Assembly (NCBI GenBank): GCA_022705565.1
Contig: JAKJEF010000001.1
Span: forward strand, 11,748 to 75,747
Length of the DNA stretch: 64,000 bases
Source of the DNA: Patescibacteria group bacterium
GTDB lineage: Bacteria; Patescibacteriota; Minisyncoccia; UBA6257; Colwellbacteraceae
Direction of reading: 5' to 3'
The notes beneath the pieces were generated by a model that worked only from the letters and a program-made list of their open reading frames with translations, did no database searches and had not been told where the DNA came from. A program made the position numbers and the translations under genes. Below are positions 16,446 through 26,061 of the stretch, one piece after another; the stretch's first letter is position 1; each line of letters begins with the position of its first letter.

Positions 16446-17878
16446 GGTTTGAATTGTCCTTTGATTTCGGAGAAAACAAGGGCGACGGCACTCTTCCCGG
16501 CGGAAATTATCCCCTTCGCGCTTGCCCGTCTTATCACTTTAAACACTCTCGGGACATTCAAATAATACCTTAAGTACGATTGGTTTTTTAGCCTCATCGT
16601 TTCTTCCGCTTTCATGGTCGGCAGATCCATCACCGATTTCATCTGTTCGAAATCCACGAATTCGCTCCCCTGCTTTATCCAATTGTTTCGCCTGGCCTCT
16701 TCATAAAGCCTTGATCCGGGAAAAGGAACGGCACAGTAAAACTGCGCGAAATCCGGTTTGGTGCGATCCAACAATTCCCAGGTTTTTTTGACCGATTCTC
16801 TCGTTTCTCCGGGTAGGCCGATAATCACGTGGCTGACGGTCAGAAGCCCCGCTTTTTTGGCGAGGTTGATCGCTTTTTCCGAATCGATAACCGAGGCGCT
16901 TTTCTTCGCCAAATCGAGTATTTTTTGCTCTCCGGACTCGACGCCGAAACTGATCATCCAGCAGCCGGCTTGTTTCATTTTCTCGAAAAGAGGAAGAGAG
17001 GCGGCATCGGTCCGGCTGTTGCAAACCCAATTCACCTTCAATCCCCTATTGATGATCCCGTCGCAGATCTTTTCCGCGAACTCCGGGTTCATGGTGAAAG
17101 ATTCGGTCCAAATAAGAAAATCCTTTATTCCGAATTCGCGGATGTTTCTTTCGATTTCGTCGACTACGCGATCGGGATCGCGGAACCTCGGCTTTTTTCC
17201 GTAATAAGATCCGGCATTGCAGAAAGAACAGTTGTGGGGGCAGCCTCGAGAGGGCGTAATTGTCAGGAACTTCCGCGGAGCCAAATCTTTTCCCGGCATC
17301 AAGTATTTAGAAAGATCGAAAAGATCCCAAGCCGGGAAAGGCATTTTATCGAGGCAATCGGAAAACGCGTTCCCGGAAAAGATGGAAATACTACCATCGG
17401 GGTTCTTTTTCGCGAAACTCGCTCGATCGAGTTCTTCTTCCGATCCGCTTACTATCGATCGACTGATGATTCTTATCGAGTTTTCCGGCTCCCCTATCAC
17501 GGCGATATCCGCTCCCGAATCAAGGCATTCATTCGGCAAAGCCGAAGGATGGGTTCCGAAAACAATCACCGTCGCTTCCGGAAACTTTTTCTTGAAGTCC
17601 CTCGCGAATTCCAGATCGCTTTCTATGGTCGGCGTCGAAGTGTTGACGACGGCGATTCGCGGCGATCCGTTCGATTCGCGGAAAAAAATATCCTTATCCG
17701 TTTCCGAAGCAATACAATCGAAAGCTTTGACTTCGTGTCCGTCTTCGCGAAGAATCGCGGCGATATAAGCCAGGCTGACCGGAGGCCACAAGGAAGACCA
17801 CATATTCTTTTTCTGCGCGCATCTTCCTTCTCTTGTCGTTTTCTCCTTAAACGGCGGATTGATGATCCAGATTTCCAT
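16442..17878 (-). CDS. B12-binding-domain radical SAM protein
   Basis: The N-terminal region resembles a B12-binding domain. CPHNCSFC is the CxxxCxxC radical SAM motif. Confidence 0.8.
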   Translation of the reverse strand: MEIWIINPPFKEKTTREGRCAQKKNMWSSLWPPVSLAYIAAILREDGHEVKAFDCIASETDKDIFFRESNGSPRIAVVNTSTPTIESDLEFARDFKKKFPEATVIVFGTHPSALPNECLDSGADIAVIGEPENSIRIISRSIVSGSEEELDRASFAKKNPDGSISIFSGNAFSDCLDKMPFPAWDLFDLSKYLMPGKDLAPRKFLTITPSRGCPHNCSFCNAGSYYGKKPRFRDPDRVVDEIERNIREFGIKDFLIWTESFTMNPEFAEKICDGIINRGLKVNWVCNSRTDAASLPLFEKMKQAGCWMISFGVESGEQKILDLAKKSASVIDSEKAINLAKKAGLLTVSHVIIGLPGETRESVKKTWELLDRTKPDFAQFYCAVPFPGSRLYEEARRNNWIKQGSEFVDFEQMKSVMDLPTMKAEETMRLKNQSYLRYYLNVPRVFKVIRRASAKGIISAGKSAVALVFSEIKGQFKP

Positions 17879-17885
17879 TTTTCAA

Positions 17886-19601
17886 TTATCTCAATCGATA
17901 TACTTTACTATTTATCAAACCGAGCGGTATTTCTTCGGGGTCGTGGTCTTTGACAAACGCTTCCACTATCGGAACAATGGCGTTCGCGTAATTACTCTCT
18001 TCTTTATCTGCCGACGTAATCAATATTATTTTCTCTCTATCGTTTTCCCATCCGTCCACTTCCATGGTTTTTATCGCCGCTTCCGGATCAGTAGGGGTGC
18101 CGGTATTAACCATATCGGTAAAAGAATAGCTGTTATAACCGTTAAATCTGAAGAAATTAGTCAGATCGCCGTTTTTCGTATAAATCGTGGTTTTGGTTTT
18201 ATCGATTTTATTGCTTGCCACGACAATCCTTCCTTGGTTGAGTACTAATACTAAATCGTGATTGTAAGAGCGCGATGCCTCAGGGACAGTAAAAAACACA
18301 ACATTCACAATATAAGCCGGAAGTATAAGAAGCGGAATAACGGCTAAATAAAGCGGCGCCTTGTCTTGAAGATAGTCGAAAATCGCCGCAAGCCCGGAGC
18401 CAAACATAATGGAAACGAAAGGGAGGATGTAAAAAGCGAACCTTCCTCCCTCTTCGTCGAAAATAACATCAGCCGCCATATAAATGGCCGCAACGCAGCA
18501 AGCGGTAATAATCAAAAACATAAATATTTTCGCGGTTGCGTCTTTTTTGTTTCTTCGTTTTATCGCATAAAGCAATATGCCGATTATGATTACGGCGATA
18601 AATGTTCCCTTTTGCAGGTTGACGATAAATAACAAGAAATTATCAGCGTCTCCCGCCAAATAATCAAAAGATATCCTGCTGTTCAAAAAAGGTCTTAATA
18701 TTTTATCTATGGCGGAAACGGGCCGGTCTCCTTTTTGCGACGGGTATATTCCTATTGTCCCGTTCACATCTTTGAAGTTTCTGTCGGCTTGGTAATATTT
18801 GACTAAGAACGGAATAAAAGAAATTGTAATGGCGATGGCGAAAAGTATCAGTTTAGGGTAGTTGTCTTTTATTTTTTTCTTGATCCGAGGCGTGGATGCG
18901 ATCGTCATGATGCCGGCGACAATAGCCGGAAACACAAGAACGATAAATTCTGGCTTGATTCCGGAAGCGAGGGCCGCGACGAGCCACATGGCAACATGGC
19001 TTGCAAACGATTTTTCTTTTACGGCCACGCTGCCGAAAAAAGCGAAAAGAGCCATAAAAAACACCCCCATTGCCGGATAGCCCATACTGAAACCGGCGAA
19101 TTTAACAACCAACGGCAAAGAAGCATACCCGATGGCGCCAGAAACAGCGGCCACGTTGCTCCTGGAGGCGACATAAGCGGTCAGTCCGACCAAAATTATC
19201 GTCAAAGCCGAGAAAAAAACATTGGCGATAATGGCCGCGTGTTCGGTGATTCCGAAAACAGTCATAAATCCGGCAACGATAAAAGAATATCCGATGCCTT
19301 TCCAGGAATGATTGAAAACTTGTAGATCGCCATCAACAATCTCTCTCGCCTGCTTGATGCCGAACCATTCTTCATCCGACGGGATAAATCCATTTTTGAA
19401 TCCGGGAATCAAAAACAATAAATAAAGAAGAAAGAGTGCGATCAACACCGCTATGGTCCACTTGTTTATTTTATCGAGTGCTTTTCGGAAGTATTTCCAT
19501 CCCCAAAATACAGCTAAAAATATTCCCAAGAAAGACAATCCGGTGATGATAAACATTATCCCGAAAGGATTGTCTATCAATAATTCGAAGATTTGCTTCA
19601 T
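17886..19601 (-). CDS. polytopic membrane glycosyltransferase, GT-C fold (PMT/ArnT-like), copy 1
   Basis: Many TM helices with the N-proximal loop motif PSDEEWF. Soluble C-terminal domain. Tandem paralog of 19598..21262. Confidence 0.5.
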   Translation of the reverse strand: MKQIFELLIDNPFGIMFIITGLSFLGIFLAVFWGWKYFRKALDKINKWTIAVLIALFLLYLLFLIPGFKNGFIPSDEEWFGIKQAREIVDGDLQVFNHSWKGIGYSFIVAGFMTVFGITEHAAIIANVFFSALTIILVGLTAYVASRSNVAAVSGAIGYASLPLVVKFAGFSMGYPAMGVFFMALFAFFGSVAVKEKSFASHVAMWLVAALASGIKPEFIVLVFPAIVAGIMTIASTPRIKKKIKDNYPKLILFAIAITISFIPFLVKYYQADRNFKDVNGTIGIYPSQKGDRPVSAIDKILRPFLNSRISFDYLAGDADNFLLFIVNLQKGTFIAVIIIGILLYAIKRRNKKDATAKIFMFLIITACCVAAIYMAADVIFDEEGGRFAFYILPFVSIMFGSGLAAIFDYLQDKAPLYLAVIPLLILPAYIVNVVFFTVPEASRSYNHDLVLVLNQGRIVVASNKIDKTKTTIYTKNGDLTNFFRFNGYNSYSFTDMVNTGTPTDPEAAIKTMEVDGWENDREKIILITSADKEESNYANAIVPIVEAFVKDHDPEEIPLGLINSKVYRLR

Positions 19602-21262
19602 TTGACCATTCTGTATATCGAGACTCCTATTTTATCGAAAGAGACTATTTTTTCGCCGAAACCGCTGACGGTGTCGCAGATTTTTTTGGTATGTTCGAAG
19701 AAATCGCAACTTGAGGTGTATATAAAATACGAGTTTTCTCCGCAAAAATTCATTTCCGGAGAACAAATGTTCGATCCGTCGGATTTGTCGATTCTGTCAA
19801 ACATGTCGTTCAAGGAAACAAATTTTATGTTTCTGTTTTCGAGAAAGATCAATTGCATCATTTCGTTGTGGTGGCTTGTCATAACGATAGTTGCCGTGTC
19901 CGGAATATGAGATAAAACTCGCCACATGTCTTCAGGGGTCGGTCTTTCGATTCTCCGATAAGCTAAGTTGTTTATCGCCCTCGGAATATAAAAGAGAAGC
20001 ATGATTCCGACGATGATCACGGCAATACTCCCAAGATCGAACTCGTTCACTTTCGTTCTTTTTTTCTTCTTTCTTTTGATCATTATTTCCGCGGGGATAT
20101 TGCGGATGGTTGTTGCCGCGATCGCCGCGGCAATCGTGATATTGGGAATGGCAAAGCGCTGCACGTAATTGGCGCAGTCAGTCATATAAACCAGTGTTGT
20201 CGCCATAAAGGCGACAGTCGCAATAAGGATTCCTTTGTCTTTTTTGAAGATGCCGAAAAATATTCCCAAAATAACGATCAAAGAAATCGGAAGAAGTTCT
20301 TTTCGCGTCCAATAATCGATGACTCGCGGAATGTCGTCCAGAGTATAGGCGATCGAGAATCTCCATCCTCCTATTTTTTTCACGATCCGTTCGAAAGGCC
20401 TAATAATCGAAGAGCCAACCGCTTTCTCTATCTTTTGACTCACCAATCCGACTTGGGCTTCGGAGCCGCAGAATTGGTCGCCTTCTCTCATATTTACAAT
20501 GGTTGTCGTGAGGACAAGTATAAAAATCAAAGCTATAGCCGCGACCAATAAGGATTTTTTATATTCTTTTCTATCGAATCCCATTAAAATCGCGATCCCG
20601 ACTACGGCGAAGAGAACGCCGTATTCTATTTTGGCCGCAAAGGCCATTCCGGCAAAGGTAATCATCCCGAGATAATCAATAAACTTTTTCTCCTTGACGG
20701 CCAAAACCGCGAATAGCGTGAACCCGGAAAGACAAAACGACATCAAGGTCGGATATCCGGAAAATACCGCCGTGCCGTAAAGCCAGGCCGGGTTTAAAGC
20801 CAAAAGCAGTGAGGCAACGATACCCGGCCATGTTTTACCGGATAATTTGGCCGCAAGAATTCCCGTAAGAATAACGGCCGATATCAGAAAAAAAGCGTTT
20901 ATGGTGGCCGGGCCGTTTATTTTTCCGAAAACAGTATTTCCAAACACGAATATCGCCGGGAAGAAGAATCCATGACGCATACGGCCAACAATAGCTTCAC
21001 TGGACGGATCGATTAATTGCTTCGCGAAGTAAGCTTCTTCCCACTCTTCATCGCTCGGATAAAATCCGGTTTTCTGCCCCAGGATATTGGAGAAGACAAG
21101 TAAGAGAACGAATATGAGTAATAAGATCCCCGCTTTTTTCCACCAAGAATCGATCTTTATCCGTTTTCCCAATTTATCGGGAATAAGGGACGAGAGCGAC
21201 GCGAAAGCGACAATAAAAATAGCGGCAGCGGACAAGATAAGAGTTCCGTTGTTGAATATCAT
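19598..21262 (-). CDS. polytopic membrane glycosyltransferase, GT-C fold (PMT/ArnT-like), copy 2
   Basis: Same architecture with loop motif PSDEEWE. Overlaps copy 1 by 4 nt. Confidence 0.5.
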   Translation of the reverse strand: MIFNNGTLILSAAAIFIVAFASLSSLIPDKLGKRIKIDSWWKKAGILLLIFVLLLVFSNILGQKTGFYPSDEEWEEAYFAKQLIDPSSEAIVGRMRHGFFFPAIFVFGNTVFGKINGPATINAFFLISAVILTGILAAKLSGKTWPGIVASLLLALNPAWLYGTAVFSGYPTLMSFCLSGFTLFAVLAVKEKKFIDYLGMITFAGMAFAAKIEYGVLFAVVGIAILMGFDRKEYKKSLLVAAIALIFILVLTTTIVNMREGDQFCGSEAQVGLVSQKIEKAVGSSIIRPFERIVKKIGGWRFSIAYTLDDIPRVIDYWTRKELLPISLIVILGIFFGIFKKDKGILIATVAFMATTLVYMTDCANYVQRFAIPNITIAAAIAATTIRNIPAEIMIKRKKKKRTKVNEFDLGSIAVIIVGIMLLFYIPRAINNLAYRRIERPTPEDMWRVLSHIPDTATIVMTSHHNEMMQLIFLENRNIKFVSLNDMFDRIDKSDGSNICSPEMNFCGENSYFIYTSSCDFFEHTKKICDTVSGFGEKIVSFDKIGVSIYRMVK

Positions 21263-21317
21263 TGAATAAACAAATTATACACTATTCTTTTGAAGAAAGA
21301 CTGCGTTGATAAATAAA

Positions 21318-21345
21318 AAACGACTCTTTCGAGTCTTAAGCTTTA
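21318..21345 (-). terminator. weak hairpin terminator candidate
   Basis: Minus strand: GACTC-GAAA-GAGTC followed by TTTTTTATTT. The stem is only 5 bp. Confidence 0.3.
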
Positions 21346-21367
21346 TAATTCGGTCTCGGACTTTCTG

Positions 21368-21511
21368 TTAAATCCGGCTCAATCCGTTACGGATAAGATT
21401 GGTGATGAAATCCAAGGTGAGCACCAGTATTCTGCCGATCACCTGCGCCAGCGAGACGAATAGCGGTCCGGCGGATTTTATGAGGTTCCAAACTTGTTCG
21501 AAGTATTCCAT
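21368..21511 (-). CDS. possible small hydrophobic protein (47 aa)
   Basis: Manually found ATG ORF MEYFEQVWNLIKSAGPLFVSLAQVIGRILVLTLDF... No good SD. Confidence 0.2.
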   Translation of the reverse strand: MEYFEQVWNLIKSAGPLFVSLAQVIGRILVLTLDFITNLIRNGLSRI

Positions 21512-21575
21512 TTATCCAATCATAGCATTTCTTACGTTATCCAAGAAATCCTCCTGTTTTAACAAATATCGCGTT

Positions 21576-22280
21576 TCATTCAGAAAGAAAATGCTCGTAT
21601 ATTTCTTTTTCGTTTTCCCAGACATTCCACTCCGGATTTTTGTCGAATCGCGTCTGATACTCCAGATAATCGGTGAATCCTTTAACTTTCTCGAGCCAGA
21701 TATAACTGGTGCCCAAAACGCTTCTCGACCATTCATCGTCTTTCAAGATCGTTCCGGCAAAATCCAGCGGTTCGTCGTTTTGACATTCCAATTCGACGAT
21801 GGTGCCGACATTTTCCACATCATCGACAACGATCTCGTCTTCTTGTCCGTTCTTGAATATTTGTCTGGTTTTCGCGAGGATTTGTTCTCCCTGGAATCCG
21901 TTTTCCGAAAGGATTTTCGCAAGACTCTCTCCGTTCGATAACTCCAGACTCTTATCGTCCACGCCAAGTCGTTTGAAAATATAATCGAGTTTGTCGCGAT
22001 CCGCGACCGGCAGACCTCCTTCTATCTCCTCGATATACAAACGATCGTGTTTTTTTGGCAGGCAGAACATTTTCTTGAAAGCGAAAGAATGATCTTTGCC
22101 GTTAACTTGCCTTATCCGAAACGCGGCGGCGGTTTTATACAGTCTCCAATCGAGGGTATCAAAATAATGGTCGCGTTGGGAAATCTCTTTTTCTTTCTCG
22201 AAACCGGATTCTTTTATTCTTCCGATAAACGTCTCAAGCGGAATATGGAGTTCTATCTTGATTTCCCTTTCTCTTGCCAT
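21576..22280 (-). CDS. CYTH-domain protein (CyaB / triphosphate tunnel metalloenzyme family)
   Basis: N-terminal EREIKIEL (ExExK signature). Downstream DHYFDT...FRIRQ pattern. Acidic C-terminal extension. Confidence 0.6.
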   Translation of the reverse strand: MAREREIKIELHIPLETFIGRIKESGFEKEKEISQRDHYFDTLDWRLYKTAAAFRIRQVNGKDHSFAFKKMFCLPKKHDRLYIEEIEGGLPVADRDKLDYIFKRLGVDDKSLELSNGESLAKILSENGFQGEQILAKTRQIFKNGQEDEIVVDDVENVGTIVELECQNDEPLDFAGTILKDDEWSRSVLGTSYIWLEKVKGFTDYLEYQTRFDKNPEWNVWENEKEIYEHFLSE

Positions 22281-22286
22281 CGGCGT

Positions 22287-23525
22287 TTAGAGATAATTGT
22301 TGGGATTCAAGTCCGCGCCGTAGGGAGAAATGCGGCAGGATTTGCTCGCACCCATGTAGAAACTGCTCGAAGCGTAAACGGTAAAGTGGAGATGGGGCCC
22401 GGTCGAATACCCGGTGTTGCCGGCGTAGCCGATCAACTGTCCCCTTTCCACCGTATCTCCGGATTTGACGATGATGCGAGATAGATGTCCGTAAAGCGTG
22501 GTCAGATTGTTATTGTGGGTGATGACGATAAAGCGTCCGTAGGATTGCCGCGGGCAATAGAGATCCAAATCTCCGGTCGCGACCACTTTCCCGTCTTCGG
22601 CCGAGAAAATCGGATCGCCGATATTCAAATCGAAATCGAGCCCGTTGTGGAACTGGTTTTTGTAAGCTTTCAGGGCAAAAGCGGTGCGGCCGTATTGCTG
22701 GACGATCGGCCCGAGGCAAGGCTTCGCCAAAATACCGGATTTCGAAGCCGGTACGGATGACGGATCCAGCTTGGCTTTCAATTCCTGTTCGATCTTTTCC
22801 CTTTCAGCCGCGATTTCGGCTTGTTTCTCCGCGAGCCTGTCGAGATTCTCTTGGTAGATTTTTTCCTGGTTTTTGGATTCGGCAAGAAGTTCTTTTTGGT
22901 AATCTTTTTGGTCTTCAATGATGGCTTTTCTGTTGACCAAGTTGACGTTTTCCGTCTGAATGGCGCGTTTTTTATCGGCCGTCTGTCTAACGTTGTTTTC
23001 GAGATCGTTCGACAGCTTGTTTAAAGAAGATATCTCCACCGAAAGATTCTCTTGTAGATTCGTCAAGCTTTGCATTTCGAGCAGGCTGTCGGCGAGGCTC
23101 ATGGACTTCAAAAAGGTCTGGAGAGTTCCTTCGTTGTCGTTCTTTTGGATTTCGGCCAAAATGAGCCCGATAGCCTTTTTCTTGGCTTCGACATCGACGC
23201 CGATTCCGCCGATCCGGCTGTTCAAATCCTCTATTTCCAAGGTGAGTTTCTGGATATTCAGGGTGCTCGATTTGATGCTCAAATTGAGCTGGTTCAAGGT
23301 ATTTTCCGTGGTTTTCAATTCCTTGTCCAAGCTTTGGCTTTGTTTGGAAATAACGGCCATCTGCGCTTGGGCGCTGCTGATTTCGGCCTGAACGTTTTGG
23401 AGTTCTCTGGTTTTGACATCGATTTGGGATTGGAGCTCGGACGAAGTCGCGGCGTTCGCGGAATATACTAAACCGTAACCAAAAACCAAAGCGAGTAAAA
23501 TCAGAATTGTTTTAAGGTGTTTCAT
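22287..23525 (-). CDS. M23 family metallopeptidase with N-terminal coiled-coil (EnvC-like architecture)
   Basis: Long coiled-coil region, then HNGLDFD...GHLS...GYAGNTGYSTGPHLHF (HxxxD and HxH zinc motifs). Confidence 0.85.
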   Translation of the reverse strand: MKHLKTILILLALVFGYGLVYSANAATSSELQSQIDVKTRELQNVQAEISSAQAQMAVISKQSQSLDKELKTTENTLNQLNLSIKSSTLNIQKLTLEIEDLNSRIGGIGVDVEAKKKAIGLILAEIQKNDNEGTLQTFLKSMSLADSLLEMQSLTNLQENLSVEISSLNKLSNDLENNVRQTADKKRAIQTENVNLVNRKAIIEDQKDYQKELLAESKNQEKIYQENLDRLAEKQAEIAAEREKIEQELKAKLDPSSVPASKSGILAKPCLGPIVQQYGRTAFALKAYKNQFHNGLDFDLNIGDPIFSAEDGKVVATGDLDLYCPRQSYGRFIVITHNNNLTTLYGHLSRIIVKSGDTVERGQLIGYAGNTGYSTGPHLHFTVYASSSFYMGASKSCRISPYGADLNPNNYL

Positions 23526-23531
23526 GAGAGA

Positions 23532-24923
23532 TTATCCGTTCAATTTTCCGACGGCGATTTGGATTCTTCTCAAAGATTCCTCTTTTCCGAGGCCGGACAG
23601 AAGCTCGAACGGCGTGGGGCTGGTTTTGGAGCCGGAAAGGCTGACGCGAAGCGGCCAAAGATAATCCCCTTTTTTGTCGTCCGGCACCAAAGCCGTTATT
23701 TTATCCGTAACGTTTTCCAAATCGAATTCTTTGTCTTCGATGTTTTTAATCTCGGCCGACAGTTTTTCGAGAATATTTTTGGTGTCGCGGTCTTCTCCTT
23801 TCCAGAAAAGCAGATTTCTATCATATTCGGGCAACTTGAAATAAACCATCAAAAGCTCTTTGACGTCTCCGATTTTATCCAAACGCGGTTTGATCGCCCG
23901 GACCATGGCCTGATTTATTTTCCATTCTTCGGGAATATATTTTTCGATTTTAGCGGTAAGATCTTCTTCCGAAAGGCCGGCGATATATTGACGGTTGATC
24001 CAATTAAGTTTTTCGATATCGAACACGGCTCCGGCTTTCTGCACCCGGCTGATATCGAATTCGTTTATCAATTCTTCGCGGGAAAAGATCTCCTGGTTTC
24101 CCTGGGGATGCCAACCGAGAAGAGCCACGAAGTTTATCAAAGCTTCCGGCAGATAGCCGCGTTCGAGATAATCCTTGACCGCCACGTCGCCGTAGCGCTT
24201 CGACATTTTGCTCCGGTCTTTGTTCAAAAGAAGCGGCAGATGGGCGAAAAGTGGAGGCTTGGCGTTCAAAGCATTATAAATAACCAATTGCTTCGGCGTA
24301 TTCGGCAAATGCTCTTCTCCTCTGATGACGTGGGAAATCTTCATGAGAATGTCGTCGATGACGACGCTGAAATTGTAAAGGGGTTCTTTCAGGTTCCTGG
24401 CGATGATCATGTCGCCCATCAAACCGGCGTCGAATTCCACTTCTCCCCTGATCATATCCGTGAAAGAAATCTTTCCTTCGGGAACCCGGAGCCGGATGAC
24501 GTAGGCCTCTCCGGCTTTCACTCTTTTTTCCGCTTCTTCCTTATCGAGGGAAGCGCATTTGCCGCTGTATTTCGGCGCCATTCCTTTTTCCTCCATCGCC
24601 TTTTTTTCCGCCTCCAATTCTTCTTTGGTGCAGAAGCAATAATAAGCCCGATCCTCTTTGATCAGTTTTTGGAGATGATCGGTGTAAAAATCCGTCCGTT
24701 CGGATTGCCGGTACAGTTCGTCCGGCTTAAGGTCGAGAATTTCGAGATTCTTCAGGATGTCCTCCTCGAACTCTTTACGATTCCTTTCCTTGTCAGTGTC
24801 TTCGATGCGCAAGATAAAAACACCCTTGTTTTTTTTGGCGAAAAGCCAGTTGTAAAGGGTGGTCCGGACGCTGCCGATGTGGAAATACCCCGTCGGGCTC
24901 GGGGCCATCCTAACCCTGATCAT
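23532..24923 (-). CDS. gltX: glutamate--tRNA ligase
   Basis: RMAPSPTGYFHIGSVRTTLYNWLFA (HIGH region) and KMSKR. Confidence 0.9.
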   Translation of the reverse strand: MIRVRMAPSPTGYFHIGSVRTTLYNWLFAKKNKGVFILRIEDTDKERNRKEFEEDILKNLEILDLKPDELYRQSERTDFYTDHLQKLIKEDRAYYCFCTKEELEAEKKAMEEKGMAPKYSGKCASLDKEEAEKRVKAGEAYVIRLRVPEGKISFTDMIRGEVEFDAGLMGDMIIARNLKEPLYNFSVVIDDILMKISHVIRGEEHLPNTPKQLVIYNALNAKPPLFAHLPLLLNKDRSKMSKRYGDVAVKDYLERGYLPEALINFVALLGWHPQGNQEIFSREELINEFDISRVQKAGAVFDIEKLNWINRQYIAGLSEEDLTAKIEKYIPEEWKINQAMVRAIKPRLDKIGDVKELLMVYFKLPEYDRNLLFWKGEDRDTKNILEKLSAEIKNIEDKEFDLENVTDKITALVPDDKKGDYLWPLRVSLSGSKTSPTPFELLSGLGKEESLRRIQIAVGKLNG

Positions 24924-26061
24924 TGTCCGCTAATCTTACTATTTCCTGGCCGATAATCAAAGCCGCGTCCCGTTTTCCGAAAAGCCGCGCCTGGGACGCC
25001 ATTTTTTCGCGGAGACCCGGGTTTTCGAGGATATTTTCGATTTTGGAGACGAAGGTTTCGACCGAAAAATCCTTTTCTTCCATAATGTCGCAGGCGCCGG
25101 CCGCGGCGTAGACTCTGGCGTTTTCCGTTTGGTGATTGGCCGCCGCTTCCGGGAGTGGAATGAGCAAAGACGGCTTGCCGAAAGCGGCTATCTCGAAAAG
25201 GGCGCTGCCCGATCTCGAAACAATAAGATCGGCAGCAGTCATGACGTCTTTCAGTTCTGATTTGAAAAACGAAGTGAATCGGTAGCGTTGCTGTTCTTCA
25301 TAGGACAGACTTCCCAAAATCGGCGCCACTTCGGCTTCGTAATCGTCGTAATTGTTCTCGCCCACCTGATGGAGCACCTGGTATTTTTTGACGAGTTGCG
25401 GCAAGGAAAGAAGAACGAAATCGTTGATTCTCGTCGACCCCTGTGATCCGCCCATGACGACGACAAGCGGCAGATTTTTGTCGAATCCGAGAAAGGTTTG
25501 CGTCGAATCCGGAGACATCAAATTAAGGAAAAGCTGTCTTCTTAAAGGATTGCCGGAAAAAACAATCTTCACGGAGTCGACCGGAGAAAAATACGGTATC
25601 GATTCCTTGAAAGCGACGAATATTTTCTCGGCGAATCTCGCCGAAGAAAGAGTAGTCAGGCTCGGCCGGCTGTCGGATTCGTGGATGAAGATCGGGATTC
25701 TGTAAAAGGCCGCGGCGAGAATGACGGCCATCGCTCCGGGTCCGCCTTTCGAGAAAACGACGTCCGGCATGAACCAATAAAGTTTCCAAAGCGCCTGGAG
25801 CAGGCTGAGTCCGAATTTCGGGATATCGATCAGGTTCCTCAAGTCGAAATACCGTCTGATCTTGCTCTCCATGATCGAACTGACGGAAATACCGTTTTCC
25901 TCGAGAGTCGTTCGGTATTGCTTCGGAGACCCGAAATAACGCATCTCGATTTCCAGACGTTTGTTCGCGGCGAGGATTTGCGTTTCCGTGGCCACGGCAA
26001 GGAGCGGATAAACGTGTCCGCCGGTTCCTCCTCCGGCAAAGGCGATTCTCAATTTACGCAT
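24910..26061 (-). CDS. murG: undecaprenyldiphospho-muramoylpentapeptide beta-N-acetylglucosaminyltransferase
   Basis: IAFAGGGTGGHVYPLLAVA and the GT28 C-terminal domain. Confidence 0.9.
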   Translation of the reverse strand: MRKLRIAFAGGGTGGHVYPLLAVATETQILAANKRLEIEMRYFGSPKQYRTTLEENGISVSSIMESKIRRYFDLRNLIDIPKFGLSLLQALWKLYWFMPDVVFSKGGPGAMAVILAAAFYRIPIFIHESDSRPSLTTLSSARFAEKIFVAFKESIPYFSPVDSVKIVFSGNPLRRQLFLNLMSPDSTQTFLGFDKNLPLVVVMGGSQGSTRINDFVLLSLPQLVKKYQVLHQVGENNYDDYEAEVAPILGSLSYEEQQRYRFTSFFKSELKDVMTAADLIVSRSGSALFEIAAFGKPSLLIPLPEAAANHQTENARVYAAAGACDIMEEKDFSVETFVSKIENILENPGLREKMASQARLFGKRDAALIIGQEIVRLADNDQG

